Source of the DNA: a bacterium
Lineage (GTDB): Bacteria; Patescibacteriota; Minisyncoccia; Phycocordibacterales; CAIZLB01
Direction: 5' to 3'
DNA length: 35,847 nucleotides
Assembly (NCBI GenBank): GCA_037131455.1
Contig: JBAXRA010000002.1
Location: 1 to 35,847 of the forward strand
Shown here: in pieces, positions 8,184-15,339 of the stretch
Layout of the letters: the number at the start of each line of letters is the position of its first letter
Position numbering within the stretch: position 1 is the stretch's first letter
Notes under the pieces: generated by a model
What the model saw: the letters and a program-made list of their open reading frames with translations, nothing else
Told to the model about the DNA's origin: nothing
The model's database searches: none
Translations under genes and position numbers: made by a program

Positions 8184-9464
8184 TTATCTCCACGAGGCAT
8201 CGCGTCTTCGAATTGTATTATATACCGATTTTGCAAGCCAGATAGGTGAGATGAGAGAATATAACATGATAAAGTAAACAATGTCCATTTTCTTAGAGTC
8301 CCTTACATTTGCAAGTTTTCTTCCTCGCCAAACCGCAAAAACTATTAATCCGAGTGAAAATATACTTAATATGAAAGTGCCTTGAATATGATAGTACAAC
8401 CAGTCTTTAAATTGAGGGATAATGTTGAATGAAAAGCTGTTCCCTAAATAATCAAATTGACTTTTCCAACCTACCGCGCTGATCTCGGTAATAGTTTTAA
8501 TTATTTTTAAAATAATTTCAAAGAGACTGTAGCAAAGGGCGAACATGGTTCCGACGATAATCCACATAGTAAGAGGAAGAACCAACATTCCGATATTTCC
8601 GTACTTTGGGTTTAGAATCATATGTTTGTAATCGAGGGCATTTTGAATGAAACCTCCAGTCCAGCGCACGCGTTGTCTGTAAAGGCGGTAAAGGGTGCGC
8701 GGGCCCACTGTGTACACTACGGCTTTATCAGCGCATGCTATTTTCATGTGTTTACTCTGCATACGGAGGGCCATCTCGAGATCTTCGGTATTGTGCGCAT
8801 GACGGTAATTTCCGATTTGTGCAAAAACCGCAGTTCTAAATATCGAAAAGGGTCCAGGGGTTACATATTGAGCATCAATCAACCCCATGATTTTTCTAAG
8901 GAAAATTCCCATATTGTACTCAGCGTTCTGCATCATACGTACAAAAGTGTCAGGATTTCTAATTTTCATTGAAGGGGTAACAGCCATGATTTCCTTATCA
9001 GAAAACTTATTAATAATGTGTCGCAGGGCCTCACTATCGACTTCGGAATCCGCATCCAAGCATCCGATAAAATCAGTTGTACAATTTTTGATACCGTGGT
9101 TTAAGGCTGTGTACTTTCCACCATTTTCCTTTTTGTGCAAAGTAATGTTTGGAATATTTGCAAATTTTTGAATCAAATCCCAAGTGTTGTCGGTCGAGCC
9201 ATCATCAACGATGCTAATCAGGATTTTTTCTTTAGGGTAATTTAGTTCTAAAAGTGATTGAATAGTTTTTTCGACAGTGGCAAATTCATTAAAAACAGGG
9301 ACTAGAATTGTCACGGAGGGAAGCTCGCTTTCGGGGACGGGCGTTTTTAAAGATTCCTTACCAAATTCATGTTTATGCTCGAAAAAGGTCAATAGAATAA
9401 ACACTTGGTAGTAGACCAAAAAGAACATGAAAGTATAGATGATTCCCGAGACAGTAGGAGACAT
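8184..9464 (-). CDS. processive family-2 glycosyltransferase (PgaC/IcaA/NodC/HasA-like membrane synthase)
   Basis: 426-aa ORF. VTILVPVFNE, DDGSTD, LDADSE, GPFSIFR and the processive-GT2 signature QRVRW (QxxRW). N-terminal and multiple C-terminal TM segments. Confidence 0.8.
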   Translation of the reverse strand: MSPTVSGIIYTFMFFLVYYQVFILLTFFEHKHEFGKESLKTPVPESELPSVTILVPVFNEFATVEKTIQSLLELNYPKEKILISIVDDGSTDNTWDLIQKFANIPNITLHKKENGGKYTALNHGIKNCTTDFIGCLDADSEVDSEALRHIINKFSDKEIMAVTPSMKIRNPDTFVRMMQNAEYNMGIFLRKIMGLIDAQYVTPGPFSIFRTAVFAQIGNYRHAHNTEDLEMALRMQSKHMKIACADKAVVYTVGPRTLYRLYRQRVRWTGGFIQNALDYKHMILNPKYGNIGMLVLPLTMWIIVGTMFALCYSLFEIILKIIKTITEISAVGWKSQFDYLGNSFSFNIIPQFKDWLYYHIQGTFILSIFSLGLIVFAVWRGRKLANVRDSKKMDIVYFIMLYSLISPIWLAKSVYNTIRRRDASWR

Positions 9465-9488
9465 AAATTGAGTTTTAATATAGCAGAT

Positions 9489-10208
9489 ATGGCATTTTTT
9501 TCAAACTCAGCTTATACTCTTTGTATGAAGGGATATTCTCATGTAATGAACCAGGAAATCCGTATAATCACGGATATTTTTGCAGAACTTGGGTTTGTGG
9601 TGGCGAATGGTCCAGAATTGGAGACCGAATTTTATAATTTCGACGCACTGAACATTCCGGCGGATCACCCGGCGCGTGATATGCAGGATACTTTTTGGGT
9701 GAAGGGGGAAGAGAAAAGGTTATTGAGGACGCACACTTCAAATGTGCAGATTAGATTCATGCAAGCTAATACTCCGCCGTACGGAATGTTGGCTCCTGGA
9801 AAAGTTTATCGAAACGAAGCCACTGATGCGACACACGAAGCACAATTCCATCAGGTAGAAGGAATGTATATTAATAAAAAAGTTTCAATGAAAGATTTGA
9901 AGGGGACTTTGGAATACTTTTTCAAAAAATATTATGGCGAGGATGCGAAAATCAGATTCAGACCAAGCTTCTTTCCATTCGTAGAACCTGGGGTTGAAGT
10001 GGATGTTTTATTTAAAGGTAAATGGCTAGAAGTGATGGGAGCAGGGCTTATGCATCCAAAAGTCTTAAAGGCAGGTGGGGTTGATTCGACCGAATGGAGC
10101 GGTTTTGCTTTTGGAATGGGCTTTGATCGAATTATTATGATCAAATACGGAATCGATGATGTTCGATATTTGTATTCAGGGGATTTGAGGTTTACAAGAC
10201 AATTTTAA
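9489..10208 (+). CDS. pheS: phenylalanine--tRNA ligase alpha subunit, catalytic core only
   Basis: FYNFDALNIPADHPARDMQDTFW, class II motifs through GAGLMHPKVL and GFAFGMGFDRI. The start is set at 9489 (TAATAT at 9476-9481, 7 nt upstream) because the ORF-track start at 9405 overlaps the divergent GT2 gene. 9525 is an alternative start. Confidence 0.85.
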   Translation: MAFFSNSAYTLCMKGYSHVMNQEIRIITDIFAELGFVVANGPELETEFYNFDALNIPADHPARDMQDTFWVKGEEKRLLRTHTSNVQIRFMQANTPPYGMLAPGKVYRNEATDATHEAQFHQVEGMYINKKVSMKDLKGTLEYFFKKYYGEDAKIRFRPSFFPFVEPGVEVDVLFKGKWLEVMGAGLMHPKVLKAGGVDSTEWSGFAFGMGFDRIIMIKYGIDDVRYLYSGDLRFTRQF

Positions 10209-10212
10209 AAAT

Positions 10213-12141
10213 ATGAAAGTATCGCGCAAATGGCTACAAAATTATGTCAGTAAAGAAATTCCTAAAGGGGAAGCTTTTGTTGATTTGCTTTCAATGAATA
10301 TTTTTGAAGTTGAAGGTTGTGAAGTTATCGGTGACAACGAAGTGTTTGATGTAAAAGTTTTGGCTGATAGAAATGCTTATTGTTTGTCACACCGAGGGAT
10401 TGCAAGAGAGGTCGCGATTTTAATTAATGCAGATTACAAAGTCCCTGAATTTTTAAATACACCAGTAACTATATCTGAGAAAGTTTCAGCTCCTGAAATT
10501 AAAATTGAAAGTGATATTTGCCGAAAATACTTATCAAGAAAAATAAACGGAATCACAGTTACAACTTCACCAGATTGGCTTAAGAGCGGACTCGAGGCGC
10601 TTGGCCAAAGGTCAATTAATTCGATAGTGGATATGACAAATTACGTCATGATGGATTCAGGCCAGCCACTGCATGCATTTGATGCGGATTTAGTGAAGGG
10701 AAATATTACTGTGCGAATGGCGCACAATGGTGAGATGGTTACTACACTAGATAGTAAAGAAGTTAAATTAGATACAAAAACATTGGTCATCGCAGATGAT
10801 GAGGGGGTACTTGCCATTGCAGGAGTAAAGGGTGGAAATCGCGCTGGGGTAACGATGAATACGAAAAATATTATTTTAGAGTCTGCGAATTTTATGCCTT
10901 CTGAAATCAGAAAAACTACTGTAAAAGTAAATATCCGAAACGAATCTTCAAAGAGATTTGAAAATGACTTACCGCTTGAATTTGCCAATGTGGGGTTGAA
11001 TGATCTTTCTCTGTTAATTGCAGAAGCAAACCCGAAAGCAGAATTTGGTCCGATTTTTTCATATGGAAAAGATAAGGATGATTCTAAGGTTGTAGAAACA
11101 ACAACCGATTTTATTCGAGAGTGTATTGGCATTGAAATTTCTGATAGTGAAATAATCACAATTCTGAAAAAATGCGACATGCAAGTTGAAGGAAATTTTA
11201 AAGTGACCGCACCGACATATCGAAGAGACATTAATATTCCACAGGATGTTGCAGAAGAGGTTGGGCGTATTTATGGATATGAAAAAATTGTAGATGCAAA
11301 ACCAGTACAGATAGAATCAGAACTTCAAAATGATAATGAGTTTACAATTGCAGAATATATCAGGGATTTACTTGTTCAAATTGGATTTGATGAAATTATC
11401 GGTTACGCACTTCGTGAAGATGGTGATTTTGTACTTGAAATGCCATTGTCAAAAGATAAAAGCACTTTGAGAAAAACACTTGTAAATTCAATGAAAGAAT
11501 ATGTTGAATCAAACAGCAGATATTTGGATCTTTTAGGAATTAAACAAGCAAAAGTTTTTGAAATATCTCGTGTATTTCCAAAGGAAGGGGAAAAAACAGT
11601 GTTTTCTTTAGGTGTGATTAATCAAAAGGGTCCTGAGAAGCCACATGTTGTTATTGCTAATGCATTAAAACATTTGAAAGATAATGGAATTATTGTTGAC
11701 GCTTCAGTTGATGCAAAAATAAATGAAGTTGTTAGTACAGAATCAAAAAATGTGTATGACAGAAACATGGAACTTTGTGTTTCGCCTGATTTAGATATTG
11801 GAAAGATGAGTATTGATGGAGATAATAAAAAAGTTTTTGAGAAGGAGGAAAAGCAGGTTGTGAAGTTCAAAAAGATTTCTCCCTATCCATTTGCAACAAG
11901 GGATGTGGCGATTTTGGGTCCAAGTACAGAAAAAGAGATCTATGATTTGATTGTAAAAGTTGGCGGAGAGAATTTGGTCCGAGCGACTTTGTTTGATGTG
12001 TTTACGAAAGAGGGAAAGACTTCGTATGCGTTTCGGTTGGTGTTTCAATCTGCAGTGGAGACTTTGAAGGATGATGTGATTGATTCTGTTATGAAAAAAG
12101 TGGGGGAGGAGGTGGTGAAAAATAATTGGGTGGTGAGGTAG
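10213..12141 (+). CDS. pheT: phenylalanine--tRNA ligase beta subunit (short form)
   Basis: 642-aa ORF. N-terminus MKVSRKWLQNYV. B3/4 region NSIVDMTNYVMMDSGQPLHAFDADLV. C-terminal FDX-ACB-like FKKISPYPFATRDVAIL. It follows pheS by 4 nt. Confidence 0.85.
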   Translation: MKVSRKWLQNYVSKEIPKGEAFVDLLSMNIFEVEGCEVIGDNEVFDVKVLADRNAYCLSHRGIAREVAILINADYKVPEFLNTPVTISEKVSAPEIKIESDICRKYLSRKINGITVTTSPDWLKSGLEALGQRSINSIVDMTNYVMMDSGQPLHAFDADLVKGNITVRMAHNGEMVTTLDSKEVKLDTKTLVIADDEGVLAIAGVKGGNRAGVTMNTKNIILESANFMPSEIRKTTVKVNIRNESSKRFENDLPLEFANVGLNDLSLLIAEANPKAEFGPIFSYGKDKDDSKVVETTTDFIRECIGIEISDSEIITILKKCDMQVEGNFKVTAPTYRRDINIPQDVAEEVGRIYGYEKIVDAKPVQIESELQNDNEFTIAEYIRDLLVQIGFDEIIGYALREDGDFVLEMPLSKDKSTLRKTLVNSMKEYVESNSRYLDLLGIKQAKVFEISRVFPKEGEKTVFSLGVINQKGPEKPHVVIANALKHLKDNGIIVDASVDAKINEVVSTESKNVYDRNMELCVSPDLDIGKMSIDGDNKKVFEKEEKQVVKFKKISPYPFATRDVAILGPSTEKEIYDLIVKVGGENLVRATLFDVFTKEGKTSYAFRLVFQSAVETLKDDVIDSVMKKVGEEVVKNNWVVR

Positions 12142-12186
12142 GGTTGAGTTGGGTTTGTGGTAGAGATGCTGCTTTAGTTTTTTTTG

Positions 12187-12260
12187 TCGCCCATTGTCAA
12201 AAAGTTGTCAGAATTTCTAATTGCGCGATTAGTTTTTGACAACTTTTTGACAATGGGCGA
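12187..12260. repeat. 74-nt near-perfect inverted repeat (long hairpin) between pheT and gyrB
   Basis: Arm 12187-12210 (tcgcccattgtcaaaaagttgtca) is the exact reverse complement of 12237-12260. An inner helix pairs ctaat (12217-12221) with attag (12228-12232) around tgcgcg. The right arm carries two TTGACA hexamers. Confidence 0.8.
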
Positions 12261-12425
12261 AGCCGAGGTATATCTGAAATTTTTTGTATTGGATATTTTG
12301 AAAAACAAAAAGCCACTTGCCAACCAAACTTCCCTCAAAGAGCTTACTCTAATATATCACACCACAAACCACCACATGTCAAGTATCTCCCTTTACCCTA
12401 AAAATGCTACAATACCCCTACAAAT

Positions 12426-14510
12426 ATGGCCAAAGATCCCGCAAAGAAATCAACCTACGACGCCTCGAATATCACCGTCCTTGAAGGCCTAGAGCCGGTT
12501 CGTAAGCGACCTGGAATGTATATCGGTACCACTGGTCCCGATGGTCTACACCATTTAATTCATGAAATTTTCGATAACTCTCGAGACGAAGCGATGGCTC
12601 TTAGATGTTCTAGAATCGAGGTTGCACTTCTTCCAGATGGATATGTTCGCGTAGTCGACAACGGAAATGGTATCCCAGTTGGAATTCACCCAAAGACAAA
12701 GGTGTCAGCACTTGAAACAATTATGACTGTCCTTCACGCCGGAGGAAAATTCGACAATGATGCCTATAAGGTGTCTGGAGGTTTGCACGGGGTGGGTGCG
12801 TCGGTAGTAAACGCTTTGTCAGTTCATACAAAGGTAACGGTTCATCAGGATGGTGGTATTCACCAGCAAGAATATAAAATTGGAAAGCCTCAATACAAGG
12901 TTAAGAAAATTGGTTCTTCAAAAGAACACGGAACAGTTGTAATGTTCAAAGCCGATGAAACTATTTTCAAAGAAGGTGTTGTGTACAACTTTGATCGTGT
13001 AGTAAATCACTTGCGACAACAGGCGTATTTGGTGAAAGCACTTGAGATTAACGTATTGGATGCACGAAATGCAGATGCAAATTTGGTAAATGAATTGCTT
13101 GAAGACAATATAATGTTCTTGAAGGACGAGGATGTGTTGGATGTGCCTTCAATGACTTTCTATTTCGAAGGAGGACTTCGATCATTGGTTGCTTTTTACA
13201 ACCACTCGCAAAAAACACTACACAAAAATATTTTCTATGTAGAAAAAGAAGCAGAAAAGGTTCAAGTAGAAGTTGCCTTGCAATACATCGACGATGTGTC
13301 TTCTAAGATTGTCGCATTCGCAAACAACACATATAACTCGGAAGGTGGAACACATGTTGCTGGATTTAAAACTGCACTTACAAGAATTTTGAATAGTTAC
13401 GCCAAGAAAAATAATTTCGTAAAAGAGGGAAGTGACGACAGCTTTACCGGAGAAGACGTGCAGGAAGGTTTGGTTGCTGTGGTTTCTGTAAAATTGCCTG
13501 AAATTCAATTCGAAGGACAGACAAAGGCAAAATTGGGATCAACTGAAGCACAAGGTGCGACGTCTGCTGTGTTCGGTCAGGCTTTCTCTGATTACTTGGA
13601 AGAGTATCCAGAAGACGCAAAGGCTATCATAAACAAGGCTATTTTGGCTGTAAGAGCAAGAAAAGCAGCAAAGGCAGCAAAGGATTCAATCCTACGAAAA
13701 GGTGCGCTCGAGGGTATGACACTCCCAGGAAAATTGGCTGACTGTCAGTCGAACAAAGCCGAAGAATCAGAACTATTCATTGTGGAGGGAGACTCTGCGG
13801 GAGGTACTGCAAAAATGGGACGTGATCGTCGCACTCAGGCTGTGTTGCCACTACGAGGAAAAATCCTAAACATTGAACGAGCGCGCCTTGATAAAATGCT
13901 TGCGTCAGAGCAGGTGAAAAATTTGGTGATTGCTCTTGGAACTGCAATTGGAGATAGTTTTAATATTGAAAAATTACGTTATCACAAAGTGATCATTGCA
14001 ACCGATGCCGATATTGACGGAGCGCACATCAGGACGCTAATTTTGACTTTGTTATACAGATATTTCCGACCGCTTATTGACGGAGGATTTATTTACATTG
14101 CGCAACCGCCACTTTATAAAATAAAAATTGGAAAGGAGATTACATATATTTATGACGACGAGGCTAAAAATAAATTCCTGAAGTCCCGTGGTTTTAGTTC
14201 TGAGGATGTTGCAGAAGTTGAAGAGGAAGAAGATGAGGTAGTTGAAGAAGTAGAAGGTGAAGAAGTAGAAGTTGCAAAAACTGTACGAAAATCAAAGCCT
14301 CAGATCCAGCGATACAAGGGTCTTGGAGAAATGAACGCAGAAGAGTTGGGAGAGACTACAATGGATATCAAGAAGCGTATTTTGAAGCAGGTGACTATTG
14401 ATGATGCGTCTGAGGCGGATAAGGTGATTGAAACACTCATGGGAACGGATGTACCTGCGAGAAAGACTTTCATTCAGACGAATGCGAGAAGCGCGAGGAT
14501 TGATGTGTAG
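12426..14510 (+). CDS. gyrB: DNA gyrase subunit B
   Basis: YDASNITVLEGLEPVRKRPGMYIG, GGLHGVGASVVNALS, Toprim motifs EGDSAGG and ATDADIDGAHI, QRYKGLGEMN. An extended -10 TGcTACAAT (12405-12413) lies 12 nt before the ATG. Confidence 0.95.
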   Translation: MAKDPAKKSTYDASNITVLEGLEPVRKRPGMYIGTTGPDGLHHLIHEIFDNSRDEAMALRCSRIEVALLPDGYVRVVDNGNGIPVGIHPKTKVSALETIMTVLHAGGKFDNDAYKVSGGLHGVGASVVNALSVHTKVTVHQDGGIHQQEYKIGKPQYKVKKIGSSKEHGTVVMFKADETIFKEGVVYNFDRVVNHLRQQAYLVKALEINVLDARNADANLVNELLEDNIMFLKDEDVLDVPSMTFYFEGGLRSLVAFYNHSQKTLHKNIFYVEKEAEKVQVEVALQYIDDVSSKIVAFANNTYNSEGGTHVAGFKTALTRILNSYAKKNNFVKEGSDDSFTGEDVQEGLVAVVSVKLPEIQFEGQTKAKLGSTEAQGATSAVFGQAFSDYLEEYPEDAKAIINKAILAVRARKAAKAAKDSILRKGALEGMTLPGKLADCQSNKAEESELFIVEGDSAGGTAKMGRDRRTQAVLPLRGKILNIERARLDKMLASEQVKNLVIALGTAIGDSFNIEKLRYHKVIIATDADIDGAHIRTLILTLLYRYFRPLIDGGFIYIAQPPLYKIKIGKEITYIYDDEAKNKFLKSRGFSSEDVAEVEEEEDEVVEEVEGEEVEVAKTVRKSKPQIQRYKGLGEMNAEELGETTMDIKKRILKQVTIDDASEADKVIETLMGTDVPARKTFIQTNARSARIDV

Positions 14511-14570
14511 GTAAGCTTTCCACATCTAATTTGCGCTATCTATTTTATTACATGATATAGTTATACGCAT

Positions 14571-14831
14571 ATGAGTGAAGTACAATTCGAAGAATATCAG
14601 ACATCAAATGATTCATCCAATAAGGTTGGTATAGTTAATTTTTTGATTAAAAAAGGCATTGTCAAAACAGAAGGGCAGGCGACAGGGGTTCTAGCTACAA
14701 TAGCTATTATCGCTATTGTAGCTGCTTTTTTAATTATGAATACGACATCTACTAAAAACACAAATGTGGCCCCTAGTGCTGCTGTCCAAAATGATATTTT
14801 GGAAATGCAGTCGGTTCCACGTTCAGAATAA
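14571..14831 (+). CDS. small membrane protein, pilin-cassette partner (copy 2)
   Basis: 86-aa ORF. It has the same layout as 2911..3192 (VGIVNFLIKKGIVKTEGQATGVL plus one TM helix). TATAGT at 14556-14561 lies 9 nt before the ATG. The pilin gene follows 5 nt after the stop. Confidence 0.55.
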   Translation: MSEVQFEEYQTSNDSSNKVGIVNFLIKKGIVKTEGQATGVLATIAIIAIVAAFLIMNTTSTKNTNVAPSAAVQNDILEMQSVPRSE

Positions 14832-14836
14832 AATAT

Positions 14837-15337
14837 ATGAATAATAAAAAAAACAAAGGATTTACACTGATCGAGCTTCTCGTTGTTATTGCCATAATCG
14901 GTCTTCTTTCATCTGTGGTTCTTGCTTCTCTTTCAGTGGCTAAGAAGCGTTCCCAGGATGCTACCGTTAGACAGGGTGTAAACCAGCTTAGAACGCTTAT
15001 GGAGCAAAATTATACCGAATATAAAACATATTCTGATCTAGAGCCCCAGATGTGGTTTAAGCAAGCTAGTGATTGCAATACATACTTTGTTACTGGAAAG
15101 TTTGCTAGCCAAGCAAGTCAAGTGTGCAAGTCTATAATTAAAAATACATATACAGGACCAAATGGAGAGGGTTATCTGTGGATTGGAACGTTTTCAAACA
15201 CCCCAAGTAAATCTTTTTCAATAATGGGTGCCTTGCCTTCAAAGGCCACTTATTACTGCGTCGGAAGCAGTGGAAATAATTCAGATGTCGATACTACTGA
15301 CCCTTGGAGCTCTGCTGGTTGTTCCGGGAACCCTTGA
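14837..15337 (+). CDS. type IV pilin-like protein, copy 2
   Basis: 166-aa ORF. KNKG/FTLIELLVVIAIIGLLSS. Four Cys residues in the same relative order as copy 1. C-terminus ...AGCSGNP. Confidence 0.85.
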   Translation: MNNKKNKGFTLIELLVVIAIIGLLSSVVLASLSVAKKRSQDATVRQGVNQLRTLMEQNYTEYKTYSDLEPQMWFKQASDCNTYFVTGKFASQASQVCKSIIKNTYTGPNGEGYLWIGTFSNTPSKSFSIMGALPSKATYYCVGSSGNNSDVDTTDPWSSAGCSGNP

Positions 15338-15339
15338 TT

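Noticed and set aside
9405-9488. An N-terminal extension of pheS overlapping the GT2 gene on the opposite strand.
   Set aside because: It has no similarity to the PheS N-terminal domain and overlaps the divergent coding sequence by 60 nt. The ATG at 9489 has a -10 box at the distance seen for other genes.
12184-12492. A 102-aa ORF in the pheT-gyrB spacer.
   Set aside because: It starts at TTG inside the left arm of the 74-nt inverted repeat. It is translated straight through the palindrome, has low-complexity content and overlaps the well-supported gyrB start. It is almost certainly non-coding.
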